Shown here in pieces: positions 1 through 8,766 of a stretch of DNA of 64,000 nucleotides. The notes beneath the pieces were generated by a model that saw only the letters and a program-made list of their open reading frames with translations, did not search any database and was not told where the DNA came from. This DNA is from Candidatus Omnitrophota bacterium (GTDB lineage Bacteria > Omnitrophota > Gorgyraeia > B26-G9), in NCBI GenBank assembly GCA_043805415.1, contig JAZDHZ010000037.1, forward strand, positions 6,949 to 70,948. Reading direction: 5' to 3'. Position numbers and translations under genes: made by a program. Each line of letters begins with the position of its first letter. Position 1 is the first letter of the stretch.

Positions 1-956
1 AAACTGCTTGCGCCATAATAAAAAACGGCAGTACAGTATTATCCTCCTGCGTTAGCTCAAGCATACACATGCATCGTAAATTTGGCGGAATTGTGCCTGA
101 GATAGCATCGCGGTTTCATTTAGAGTACATAACCCCGGTAGTAGAAAACGCGCTTAAAAAAGCCAATGTAAAGCTGTCTGATATTGATCTTATTGCCGCT
201 ACCCACGCGCCAGGACTTGTCGGCTCACTTTTAGTCGGGCTCTCTTTTGCTAAAGCGCTTAGCTTGGCAATCAATAAACCCTTTCTTGGAGTAAACCATA
301 TTAACGCGCATATGTTTTCCCCTTTTATTCAGGAAAAGAAATTTGAATTCCCGTTTATTGGATTAATTGTCTCCGGCGGACATACCAGCTTAGCCAAAGT
401 GCGGGATTTTGATAAAATTAAAATAATCGGCAATACCCGGGATGACGCGGCTGGCGAAGCTTATGATAAAGTAGCAAAATTATTAGAATTACCTTATCCT
501 GGCGGTCCGCAAATTGATAAACTGGCATCAAGCATCAGCCATTCCCCGTTTAAGCTAAAATGCGCTAATCTGGAAAATAGTTTTGATTTTAGTTTTAGCG
601 GGATAAAAACAGATGTGCTGTATACCTGGAGTAAGTTGAAAATTAAAAACAAAAAAGCAAAAACCGGGATTGCCCACGCGTTTCAAAAGCAGGTTGTTGA
701 GATTCTGGTGGCCAAAAGCATGGCTGCTTGCAAAAAATATAAGATCAATCTCCTATCTGTGGGAGGAGGTGTAGCTTGTAATAGTTTTTTAAGAACCAGC
801 CTCCAAGAAGCAGGCAAACAAGCAAAAATACGTGTATTAATTTCCGATATTCATCTTTGTCTGGATAATGCCGCGATGATCGGAGTGCTTGGATATAATT
901 TATTTAAAAAAGGCAAACGCTCGGAATATTCCCTTAGCGCTTCTGCTTCGTCATAA
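1..956 (+). CDS. tsaD: tRNA N6-adenosine threonylcarbamoyltransferase TsaD (5' truncated by window edge)
   Basis: The frame is open from base 3 (TACAIIKNG...). Motifs GGIVPEIASRFH, PGLVGSLLVG, NHINAH, VSGGHT, DDAAGEAYDK and DNAAMI are present. Confidence 0.95.
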   Translation, partial: TACAIIKNGSTVLSSCVSSSIHMHRKFGGIVPEIASRFHLEYITPVVENALKKANVKLSDIDLIAATHAPGLVGSLLVGLSFAKALSLAINKPFLGVNHINAHMFSPFIQEKKFEFPFIGLIVSGGHTSLAKVRDFDKIKIIGNTRDDAAGEAYDKVAKLLELPYPGGPQIDKLASSISHSPFKLKCANLENSFDFSFSGIKTDVLYTWSKLKIKNKKAKTGIAHAFQKQVVEILVAKSMAACKKYKINLLSVGGGVACNSFLRTSLQEAGKQAKIRVLISDIHLCLDNAAMIGVLGYNLFKKGKRSEYSLSASASS

Positions 957-1131
957 AACATTTAATGTTTTTCAAAATCGAGATTGACAAAACGGGTTTT
1001 TTGTCTCAATATAGTAAAGAATCTATCCAAAAGCATAATCCTGGGTTTAGCGATAAAACACAGGATTATATAAATATAAATTGTGATTCCAAAGAACTAT
1101 CTTTGGGTACATTGAAGGCAGGTGAAAAGTA

Positions 1132-1215
1132 ATGGCAAAAAGGACAAGAAAAGGTAAGCTCAAATGGAAATCTAAAAAAGCTAACCACGGACATAAGCCT
1201 ACTCGTGGCGCGTAG
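1132..1215 (+). CDS. 27-aa highly basic peptide MAKRTRKGKLKWKSKKANHGHKPTRGA, bL37-like (not in the ORF track)
   Basis: Manual translation from ATG 1132 to TAG 1215. An SD-like GAAGGCAGGTGA lies upstream. The K-A-N-H-G-x-[KR]-P motif matches mycobacterial ribosomal protein bL37. A hairpin follows directly. Confidence 0.7.
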   Translation: MAKRTRKGKLKWKSKKANHGHKPTRGA

Positions 1216-1220
1216 TTAAG

Positions 1221-1252
1221 TAGCGCTATCCTTAGTAATAAGGACAGCGCTA
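1221..1252 (+). terminator. Hairpin downstream of the small basic peptide (terminator or 3' stabiliser)
   Basis: TAGCGCTATCCTTA-gtaa-TAAGGACAGCGCTA: 14-bp stem with one mismatch and no strong U tract. Confidence 0.45.
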
Positions 1253-1255
1253 TGC

Positions 1256-1284
1256 TTGACTTTGAAATTTAAAAATGATAGAAT
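1256..1284 (+). promoter_or_regulatory. sigma70-type promoter of the envelope trio
   Basis: TTGACT-17 nt-TAGAAT with an extended -10 TG, about 40 nt before the TTG start at 1323. Confidence 0.7.
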
Positions 1285-1322
1285 TTATTTACTTTCTGGT
1301 TAACACGGTCTAGGGGATTGCA

Positions 1323-1811
1323 TTGAGAACAAGATTATTTTTTAGTATTGTAATATGTTTTTTCGTGGTTATTATATTAAATAGCTTTACTCCTTGTTCC
1401 CTAGCAATGAGTAAACGGCCAAAAGCCGCGAAAAAATCAGACTCCAAGAGATTTGTTTTACCTGAGATTGAAATAATCAGTCAACCTGAAGCCAATAGGC
1501 AGCTGCTTTTAGGAGATCAGACTGAACCCGCACCAAGAGTTGGGGTCTCCCCTACTGAAGTATTGCCGGCTGTGGGTAAAGATGCTAATCTCGCTGCCAA
1601 GGGATACATGATTGTTGATGTGCAAAGGGCATTGCATAATGCCGGATTTGACATTGGTTCTATTGACGGTAAAATGGGACCTAAAACAAAAAAGGCAATC
1701 CAAAATTTTCAGAAAGAAAATAATTTAACAGCTGATGGGATTGTAGGTAAAAAAACCTGGGCTGCTTTAAAATTATATATTGGTGAATCTAAAACTAGTA
1801 ATGGAAATTAA
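1323..1811 (+). CDS. Secreted protein with C-terminal peptidoglycan-binding domain (PG_binding_1 type)
   Basis: N-terminal hydrophobic signal, then VQRALHNAGF..IDGKMGPKTKKAIQNFQKENNLTADGIVGKKTW. Confidence 0.85.
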   Translation: MRTRLFFSIVICFFVVIILNSFTPCSLAMSKRPKAAKKSDSKRFVLPEIEIISQPEANRQLLLGDQTEPAPRVGVSPTEVLPAVGKDANLAAKGYMIVDVQRALHNAGFDIGSIDGKMGPKTKKAIQNFQKENNLTADGIVGKKTWAALKLYIGESKTSNGN

Positions 1812-1834
1812 TCGCCACACTTAAGGAGGTATAG

Positions 1835-2482
1835 ATGTCTGTTAAATTAAGATATTTAATTGCAATACCGTTAATAATTAGTCTGTGCGGATGTTCGATC
1901 ATTCTGCAAAAAAGAAGTCCCAATGATTTAGACCAGATTGATAATCTAAGCACTGAGCTTTCCCAGGAAAGATTAGCCCGGGAACAATTAGAAAGAGCGA
2001 GAGACGAACTTGCCGAGCAGCTTAAAAAAGAAATCGAAGAAAAACAAATTAGATTGGAAATGCTGAATAAAGGGCTTGTTATTACCTTTATCGATGAAGT
2101 TTTATTTGATTCCGGGAAAGCTGAACTAAGAAAATCCGCTTATTCAGTATTAGATAGAGTTTCTACTGTTTTAAACAATCAAGTAAGTAACCGGGATATC
2201 GCGATTGAAGGACATACGGATAATCAGCCGATCAAACAATCAAATTGGAAATCAAACTGGGAACTTTCTACTGCTCGAGCAACAAGTGTGCTCCACTATC
2301 TTATTGATAATGGAAATCTTGAACCAAAACGTTTATCAGCGGTTGGTTATGGTGAGTTTCACCCAGTCGCGTCTAATGAATCCAAAGCTGAGCGTCAGCA
2401 AAATAGACGCGTAGAAATTACTATTTTACCAGAAAAAATTATTAAACAAAAACCTGGTCAGAATAGCGGAGATATAAAATAA
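1835..2482 (+). CDS. OmpA/MotB C-terminal-domain lipoprotein with coiled coil
   Basis: SD AAGGAGG. Lipobox-like ISLCGC. OmpA-family PG-binding motifs LFDSGKA, IEGHTDN, NWELSTARA and NRRVEI. Confidence 0.85.
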   Translation: MSVKLRYLIAIPLIISLCGCSIILQKRSPNDLDQIDNLSTELSQERLAREQLERARDELAEQLKKEIEEKQIRLEMLNKGLVITFIDEVLFDSGKAELRKSAYSVLDRVSTVLNNQVSNRDIAIEGHTDNQPIKQSNWKSNWELSTARATSVLHYLIDNGNLEPKRLSAVGYGEFHPVASNESKAERQQNRRVEITILPEKIIKQKPGQNSGDIK

Positions 2483-2486
2483 ACAA

Positions 2487-3017
2487 ATGAAAGAATCAAT
2501 GCTAAGGAAGCTTGTTTTACTGCTTCTATTAAGTACTATTGTTTGTATCTTATGGGCAGCGGGCGCTCATGCCAGAAAAAGAGTAGAATTGGACAAAAGC
2601 AAAGAACTTAATGAAAAACTGGAAAACCTTACTCTAGCGAATACAGTGATTACAAACAACCTTAAAAGCATCCAGAACAAAATTGCCAGCTTGCAGCAAA
2701 AAGAATATGAATTAAAGAATAATCTTAAAGAAGAAGAAAAAGCAAAAGAAGAGTTGCGTTCTAAACTCCAAATCACAAAAGAAGGACACAACCAAAACAG
2801 CAAAACATTAGAAGAATTAAAAAATACTAATACAACTTTGGGAGAAGAATTAATCAGGTTAAAAGAAAAAGATCTTGCCTTAAACCAAGAACTCGAACAG
2901 CTTAAAAAAACCCTGGAGCAAAACACAGCCAAAAAGAAAACAGCAATTGAAGCAAATAAGAATCCTGAGGAAAAAAAGCCGGAAACAAGTAGTTCCAGCA
3001 GCAACTTTGCTTGGTAA
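2487..3017 (+). CDS. Secreted or membrane-anchored coiled-coil hypothetical protein
   Basis: Signal peptide ending ...AGAHA, followed by a long E/K/L heptad-rich segment. Starts 4 nt after the previous gene. Confidence 0.7.
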   Translation: MKESMLRKLVLLLLLSTIVCILWAAGAHARKRVELDKSKELNEKLENLTLANTVITNNLKSIQNKIASLQQKEYELKNNLKEEEKAKEELRSKLQITKEGHNQNSKTLEELKNTNTTLGEELIRLKEKDLALNQELEQLKKTLEQNTAKKKTAIEANKNPEEKKPETSSSSSNFAW

Positions 3018-3031
3018 GTATATAGTTTAAA

Positions 3032-3074
3032 AATAAAAAAAGAGACATTTGCAAGATAATGTCTCTTTTTTATT
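3032..3074. terminator. Bidirectional intrinsic terminator between convergent operons
   Basis: AATAAAAAAAGAGACATT-tgcaagat-AATGTCTCTTTTTTATT inverted repeat with A/T tails. Confidence 0.8.
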
Positions 3075-3140
3075 GCGTATCCCGAATTATTCTCCAGGAT
3101 ATTGCTTATTGTTAAGAATACAAACAGTCACCCAAATTAT

Positions 3141-3317
3141 TTATTTCTGTGCATCAGGCTTATCTTTGGTTTTATCATCCTTACTATTCATTGTCTTCTT
3201 AAACTCATTAATGCTCTGGCCCAGAGAACGGGCTATTTCCGGCAGCTTACTGGCACCAAAAAGCAGTAAAAGAATAAACAATATTAATACTAATTCCGGA
3301 ACTCCGAATTTCCCCAT
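3141..3317 (-). CDS. tatA: Twin-arginine translocase subunit TatA
   Basis: MGKFGVPELVLILFILLLLFGASKLPEIARSLGQSINEFKK. Start reassigned to ATG 3317. Confidence 0.92.
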   Translation of the reverse strand: MGKFGVPELVLILFILLLLFGASKLPEIARSLGQSINEFKKTMNSKDDKTKDKPDAQK

Positions 3318-3318
3318 T

Positions 3319-4035
3319 TTATCCCTTCCTTTCAAAAATCCTGATCAACAATATACTTAGTTCATATAAAACAATTATTGGTAAAGCAAGTAAAGTCTGA
3401 TTTACCATATCCGGAGTAGGCGTAAGCGCTGCTCCGACAATAAAACTGCCCAATATCGCAAACCGCCTGAATTTACACAAAGATCGCACATTAACAATCC
3501 CAATCCTGGCCAAAAACATTAAGATCAACGGAAGCTGAAAAGTGCTGCCAAAAGCAAACACTAAACAGCCGATAAAAGAAAGATATTTACTCACCGATAT
3601 TAACGGAATCAATGTATCTGATCCATAGGAAAGTAAAAACTTTATCGCGACCGGGATAACAAAAAAATAACAAAAACCAGCACCAATTGTAAATAATACG
3701 AAACTCGATATACTTAAAGGCAAAACTTGTTTTTTTTCATCCCGCCTTAATCCCAATTCGACAAACTTCCATATCTGATAAAAAAGAAACGGCAAAGCGC
3801 AATACAAACCAATAAAAAAAGCTAACTTTACTTTTACCCAAAAGGCTTCTGCCGGGCCCATAAAATATAATTTGCCCACTGCCTGAACCAAAATCGCCAT
3901 AATCTGCGAGGTAAAATTATAGACTAATGCTGTGCAGACAATTATTAAAACAAGAGAAACAAGAATTCTATTGCGCAATTCCTCAAGGTGGTCCATAAGC
4001 GAACGCGGAGTATCAAGATCAGTTACTTTATTCAC
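3319..4035 (-). CDS. tatC: Twin-arginine translocase subunit TatC
   Basis: SLMDHLEELRNR, P.EAF, YQIWKFV..GL...E, FQLP and LTPTPD motifs; multiple TM helices. Confidence 0.95.
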   Translation of the reverse strand: MNKVTDLDTPRSLMDHLEELRNRILVSLVLIIVCTALVYNFTSQIMAILVQAVGKLYFMGPAEAFWVKVKLAFFIGLYCALPFLFYQIWKFVELGLRRDEKKQVLPLSISSFVLFTIGAGFCYFFVIPVAIKFLLSYGSDTLIPLISVSKYLSFIGCLVFAFGSTFQLPLILMFLARIGIVNVRSLCKFRRFAILGSFIVGAALTPTPDMVNQTLLALPIIVLYELSILLIRIFERKG

Positions 4036-4293
4036 TTAATAAATCTCCTCTTTTTCCGCTTTTTCTGTTTTTTTCGCTTTTTCCTGGTTCTCTTTTAATT
4101 TAGCTTCCACTTCTTTGACTATTTCTTCCGGAGGCTCCTGATTAATCGCTTCTTTAAAGTCATCCGCGGCTTTTTTAAATTCACGCATTGCTTTACCTAA
4201 CATTCTGCCGACTTCAGGCAGCTTTTTTGGTCCAAAAACCAGCAAAGCAACAACAAAAACTAAAATCAACTCCGGCATTCCGATACTAAACAT
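4036..4293 (-). CDS. tatB: TatA/TatB family subunit (probably TatB)
   Basis: [41 protein letters not shown], directly upstream of tatC. Confidence 0.75.
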   Translation of the reverse strand: MFSIGMPELILVFVVALLVFGPKKLPEVGRMLGKAMREFKKAADDFKEAINQEPPEEIVKEVEAKLKENQEKAKKTEKAEKEEIY

Positions 4294-4340
4294 AACTTAA
4301 ACCTCATTGTAGAAATACAAATTGCCGATAATCTTTATTC

Positions 4341-5624
4341 TTATATCTTGGACATGGCCTTTTTTACCGCTTGTATGGTATATTCTATATCTTTTTTGCC
4401 ATGGGCGAAAGATAAAAAGTTAGCTTCAAACTGTGATGGAGTAAAGTATACGCCTAATTCCAGCATCCTGGTAAAATAAGCCGCGTATTTTTTTACATCA
4501 CAAGAACAGGCATCTTGGTAATCAAAAACTTTTTTATTAGTAAAAAATACCGTAAACATCGAACCAATATAATTAACCGCTAAATCAATTTTCTTTTCCT
4601 TGGCAATAGCTTCAATTGCTTTGCATAAGTTCTCTGTCATCGCGGTTATTTTTTTATAATCTACGATTTGTAAAATCTGCAAAGTTTTTAAACCGCAGGC
4701 AACGGCAATCGGATTGCCGGATAATGTGCCAGCCTGATACATCCCTCCCAGCGGACTAACGCACTCCATTATCTGCTGGCTTGCCCCATAAGCGCCAATC
4801 GGCAAGCCCCCGCCAATAATTTTGCCCAAGCAAGTAATATCTGGTTTTATTTTAAAGATAGACTGAGCGCCGCCAAAACAAAAGCGAAAACCAGTCATCA
4901 CCTCATCAAAGATCAGCAATATGCCGTATTCATTGGTTATTTGCCTTAAATCCGCTAAAAAATTGTCTTTGGGCACCACAACCCCCATATTACCGCAAAC
5001 CGGCTCTATGATAATGGCAGCTATCTGTTTATGGCTGGTTTGGACAACTGCTCTAACCTGATCAATATTATTATACGGCAATACAATTGTATTTTTAGTC
5101 AAGTCATGCGGAACGCCAATACTTGTCGGCACGCCAAACGTGGCTGCTCCGCTGCCGGCTTTTACTAAAAGGCTGTCTGTGTGTCCATGATAGCAGCCTT
5201 CAAATTTAATTATTTTATCTTTTTTGGTAAATCCCCGCGCTAAACGAATGGCGCTCATCGTTGCCTCTGTGCCGGAACTAACTAAACGCATTTTTTCCAT
5301 GCTCGGAAAAGCCTGGTTAATCATCGTAGCTATTTTAGTCTCAGCCTCAGTAGGAGCACCAAAACTTGTTCCATTATTAAGCGCTTGCTTAATATAAGCA
5401 ACAACCTGTTTCTCAGCATGGCCTAAAATCAAAGGCCCCCAGCTTAAAACATAATCAATGTATGAATTACCATCCACATCATAGATTCTTGCGCCTTTGC
5501 CTTTTTTAATAAAAATCGGATCACCGCCCACTGCCCCAAAAGCCCGTACCGGAGAATTAACGCCTGCGGGCATTATTTTCTTTGCCTGCTTATACAGTTG
5601 TTTTGAGTTTTCTCTTCTTTTCAT
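4341..5624 (-). CDS. hemL: Glutamate-1-semialdehyde 2,1-aminomutase
   Basis: PAGVNSPVRAF, SGTEATMSAIRLARG, FEGCYHGH, FDEVMTGFR and GKIIGGG (PLP lysine). Confidence 0.97.
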   Translation of the reverse strand: MKRRENSKQLYKQAKKIMPAGVNSPVRAFGAVGGDPIFIKKGKGARIYDVDGNSYIDYVLSWGPLILGHAEKQVVAYIKQALNNGTSFGAPTEAETKIATMINQAFPSMEKMRLVSSGTEATMSAIRLARGFTKKDKIIKFEGCYHGHTDSLLVKAGSGAATFGVPTSIGVPHDLTKNTIVLPYNNIDQVRAVVQTSHKQIAAIIIEPVCGNMGVVVPKDNFLADLRQITNEYGILLIFDEVMTGFRFCFGGAQSIFKIKPDITCLGKIIGGGLPIGAYGASQQIMECVSPLGGMYQAGTLSGNPIAVACGLKTLQILQIVDYKKITAMTENLCKAIEAIAKEKKIDLAVNYIGSMFTVFFTNKKVFDYQDACSCDVKKYAAYFTRMLELGVYFTPSQFEANFLSFAHGKKDIEYTIQAVKKAMSKI

Positions 5625-5669
5625 TTTTTATTTTTCCTATTCGCTAAATTTACCTTGAGAATTTTTGCC

Positions 5670-5710
5670 CCAAATCCTAAACCCTACACCCTAAGTGCTA
5701 AACCCTATAT
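5670..5710. repeat. Degenerate heptamer tandem array (CTAAACC-type)
   Basis: CCAAATC CTAAACC CTACACC CTAAGTG CTAAACC CTATAT, with a 7-nt period. Confidence 0.6.
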
Positions 5711-6171
5711 TTCGGGCTAGTTTTTTTAAACTGCTTTTCGGTAAAAAGCATTTTATAAGTTTTAACCCCGGTTTTTTTTACTAAAAACTCAATGACTTCA
5801 GCGCATTGTTTTTTTGTCGCGCCATGAATCATTGTATAAAAATTATACGGCCATTTTTTAGAAGTTTTACGCGAATAGCAATGGCTTATCTGCGGCAGTT
5901 TTTTCGCCAAAGCAGCTATTGTATTTATTTTGCTCTTCGGAACTATCCATACACCCATGCAATTTGCTTTTAAACCCACTTCATGATGCGCTAAGATTGC
6001 CCCGAACCTGCGGATATATCCTGTTTTTTTTAATAATATTATTTGGTTTACTATTGTTTTTTCATCAACTTTATTTTGCAATGCTATTTCAGCGTATGGA
6101 TTTTCTTGACAAGGAATATCTGCTTGTAAAAAATTCAACACACTCTTTTGCGTTTTTGTCAGCTTACTCAA
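5698..6171 (-). CDS. ahbB: Siroheme decarboxylase subunit (AhbB/NirH-like, Lrp/AsnC fold)
   Basis: GYIRRFGAIL.H, ISHCYSR...WPYNFYTMIH and the C-terminal FKKTSPKY; located in the heme cluster. Confidence 0.88.
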   Translation of the reverse strand: MSKLTKTQKSVLNFLQADIPCQENPYAEIALQNKVDEKTIVNQIILLKKTGYIRRFGAILAHHEVGLKANCMGVWIVPKSKINTIAALAKKLPQISHCYSRKTSKKWPYNFYTMIHGATKKQCAEVIEFLVKKTGVKTYKMLFTEKQFKKTSPKYRV

Positions 6172-6614
6172 AACTTAAACTCCGCTTTTATTTTAAATGT
6201 TTCCACTGCCGGCAAAGCAAGCACTGCTTCAATTCCTCTGCGTTTTTTTAAATTCTCAATAAAGCTGTTTATCTCTTTTTTTGTTTTCGCGCTAAAAGTA
6301 AACCACAAGTTATACTCGGCTTTGCGCGAATAATTATGAGTAACATTTTCAAATGAATTAATAAATAAAGCGGTTTTTTCCACATACTCAGGTTTAACCC
6401 GCGCGGCAATCAGCATGCTTTTATAACCTAAATGCGCCGCTGACGCGACCGCGCCAATTCTGCGAATTATTTTTTTATGCTTAAATTCCTGGATCTTGGA
6501 CAATAGCTGCTTCTGAGTCAGACCTAAACGCTCAGCTAGCACTTGGTATGGATTTTCCACAATCGGAAAATTAGATTGCAATACTTTGAGAATCTTTTTT
6601 TCTTTTTGGTTCAT
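6168..6614 (-). CDS. ahbA: Siroheme decarboxylase subunit (AhbA/NirD-like)
   Basis: LQSNFPIVENPYQVLAERLG, IIRRIG and VTHNYSR...YNLWFT. Start reassigned to ATG 6614; the longer ORF overlaps the radical SAM gene. Confidence 0.88.
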   Translation of the reverse strand: MNQKEKKILKVLQSNFPIVENPYQVLAERLGLTQKQLLSKIQEFKHKKIIRRIGAVASAAHLGYKSMLIAARVKPEYVEKTALFINSFENVTHNYSRKAEYNLWFTFSAKTKKEINSFIENLKKRRGIEAVLALPAVETFKIKAEFKF

Positions 6615-7587
6615 AATTACAATTAGTATCTTCCCCGAGATAATTGCCGTTGGATTGAAAATAAGCTGTGGCCCGACAGCCGGAACACATTTTTTTATAC
6701 TCACATATCCCGCATTTTCCCTGCCAATCCATTTTCCGCAGATCATTAAGCACTTTGCTTTCCCGCCAAATTTTTTTAATTCCCTGTTCGCGCGCATTAC
6801 CTAAATAAATCGGCATATACGGACAGGGATGAACATCACCATTAGGTAAAATACAAGCATAGCTGATCCCGGATAAACAGCCTTTATTAAACCGCGTCTT
6901 GATTTTTTTCTCCGCGGCAATGCGCATAAACTGGGGCGCGCATACCGGCTTTAATTCTAAATTTACGGTTTTTTGTTTTTCCAGGATCTCTCCGAGTAAA
7001 CGTTCGTATTCCTTTGCCGCGGGAATAACTGAATCAATATTTTTCCCTCTGCCAGTAGGCACAAGGAAAAAAATATGCTGCGCCGCCGCGCCCAGACTCT
7101 GGGCTAAATCAGTTATCTCTAGGATTTCATTTATGTTCTTAGTTGTCACTGTGGTATGAATCTGAAATTCAAGACCAGCATCCTTACAGTACTTCATGGC
7201 ATCAATTGATTTTTGCCAGCAGCCTTTTACTTGGCGAAAAGCATCATGCCTTGACGGGTCTATGGAATCCAGGCTTATCCCGGCACGCTTTAGGCCGGAT
7301 TGCTTTAGTTTTTGCGCGCAATCACTGTCAAGCAAAGTCCCATTTGTGCCTAAAACACTTATTAGCCCTAAGCTTTTTGCAAACTTTATCCAGTCAAACA
7401 GTTCAGCTCTTAAAAGCGGTTCGCCTCCGGAAAAAATAACTATTTTAAACCCCAGTTCTTTTAAATCAGAAAGCAGTTTTTTCCCTTCGTCCAAGGTAAG
7501 CTCATCTTTTTGCGCTAGCCCGGCATCCCGGTAACAATGTTCGCACTCTAAATTACAGGCCTTTGTAATATTCCATGAAATCAACAT
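6571..7587 (-). CDS. Radical SAM/SPASM protein, AhbD/NirJ2-like (heme b synthase)
   Basis: WNITKACNLECEHC CxxxCxxC motif, FFLVPTGRG, CAPQFMR and SPASM cysteines GKCGICEYKKMCSGCRA; adjacent to ahbAB. Confidence 0.8.
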   Translation of the reverse strand: MLISWNITKACNLECEHCYRDAGLAQKDELTLDEGKKLLSDLKELGFKIVIFSGGEPLLRAELFDWIKFAKSLGLISVLGTNGTLLDSDCAQKLKQSGLKRAGISLDSIDPSRHDAFRQVKGCWQKSIDAMKYCKDAGLEFQIHTTVTTKNINEILEITDLAQSLGAAAQHIFFLVPTGRGKNIDSVIPAAKEYERLLGEILEKQKTVNLELKPVCAPQFMRIAAEKKIKTRFNKGCLSGISYACILPNGDVHPCPYMPIYLGNAREQGIKKIWRESKVLNDLRKMDWQGKCGICEYKKMCSGCRATAYFQSNGNYLGEDTNCNYEPKRKKDSQSIAI

Positions 7588-7615
7588 TATGTGATCTTTC
7601 AGTTTAATTCATATT

Positions 7616-8671
7616 CTAAAGTAAAAATTTCCCGCTTAACCATCGCGCCGCGTCTTTAGCGTGATAAGTAACAATTAGATCAGCTCCGGCTCTTTTCATG
7701 CTAATCAGTATTTCCATAATAATTGCTTTTTCATCAACCAGTCCGGCGGCCGCGGCAGCTTTGACCATGGAAAATTCTCCGCTGACATTATATACAGCTA
7801 CCGGCACATCAAAATTTTGTTTGGCTTTACAAACAATATCTAAATAAGACAGCGCCGGTTTAATCATTACAATATCCGCGCCTTCCTGAATATCCAGCTC
7901 AATTTCCTTCATTGCCTCATTTGGATTTGCCGGGTTCAGCTGATAAGTTTTGCGATCCCCGAATTCCGGTGAAGATTTAGCGGCATCACGAAACGGCCCA
8001 TAAAAACTAGAGGCGAATTTGGCGCTATAAGACATAATCGGCAAATGTTTAAAATTATTCGCGTCCAAGGCTTTTCTAATCGCCAAAACCTGTCCGTCCA
8101 TCATACTGCTGGGGGCAACCATATCTGCTCCAGCTTCAGCGTGCGAAAGCGCCATTTTAGCTAATAGTTCACAGGTCGCGTCATTGTACACAACCACTTC
8201 TTTGGATTTTGATACTTCCTGACTAGTTTCTTCTGTTTCAGATTCATGATTCGCGGCAGTTGAAATGTTTTTAACTATCCCGCAATGGCCGGAAGTTGTA
8301 TAAGCGCACAAACAAACATCAGTAATAATCAGAATATTCGGGAATTTTTCTTTTAAAGCTTTAATTGCCGTCTGGACTATCCCGTTTTTCGCGTAAGCGC
8401 TGGTAGCTCTTTCATCTTTTTTTTCCGGAAGACCAAAAAGCATAATCGCCGGTATATGTAAACCTTCGACTTCTTTTACTTCTTTGAGTAAATTATCCAC
8501 TGAAAATCTAAACATGCCAGGCATAGATTCAATCGGTTCCTTGACAGACTGACCTTCGACAATAAATACCGGATAGATTAAAGAACGCACATTTAATTCG
8601 GTTTCCTTAAACATTTCTCTTAAAAACTGATTTTTCCGCAATCTTCTTAATCTTTTAATCGGGTAATACAT
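7616..8671 (-). CDS. hemB: Porphobilinogen synthase (Zn-type)
   Basis: RLRRLR, DVCLCAYTTSGHCG, SYSAKFASSFYGPFRDAA, MIKPAL and YNVSGEF. SD GAAGGAG lies before ATG 8671. Confidence 0.97.
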   Translation of the reverse strand: MYYPIKRLRRLRKNQFLREMFKETELNVRSLIYPVFIVEGQSVKEPIESMPGMFRFSVDNLLKEVKEVEGLHIPAIMLFGLPEKKDERATSAYAKNGIVQTAIKALKEKFPNILIITDVCLCAYTTSGHCGIVKNISTAANHESETEETSQEVSKSKEVVVYNDATCELLAKMALSHAEAGADMVAPSSMMDGQVLAIRKALDANNFKHLPIMSYSAKFASSFYGPFRDAAKSSPEFGDRKTYQLNPANPNEAMKEIELDIQEGADIVMIKPALSYLDIVCKAKQNFDVPVAVYNVSGEFSMVKAAAAAGLVDEKAIIMEILISMKRAGADLIVTYHAKDAARWLSGKFLL

Positions 8672-8721
8672 AATAAACACTCCTTCTCTTGTCCTAATAT
8701 AGTTGACACTTTTTTAAAAAA

Positions 8722-8763
8722 TTCTAAACCCTAAACTCTAAATCCGCTAAACCCTATACCCTG
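8722..8763. repeat. Degenerate heptamer tandem array (CCCTAAA/CTAAACC-type)
   Basis: TTCTAAA CCCTAAA CTCTAAA TCCG CTAAACC CTATACC CTG. Confidence 0.6.
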
Positions 8764-8766
8764 CAT

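Noticed and set aside
1835-2482. Flagellar stator MotB
   Set aside because: It lacks the TM W...(Y/F)AD motif, has a lipobox instead and has no motA partner.
8722-8763. Plant-telomere-like (CCCTAAA)n or eukaryotic contamination
   Set aside because: There are only a few degenerate units within a bacterial operon; this is one variant of the general heptamer family.
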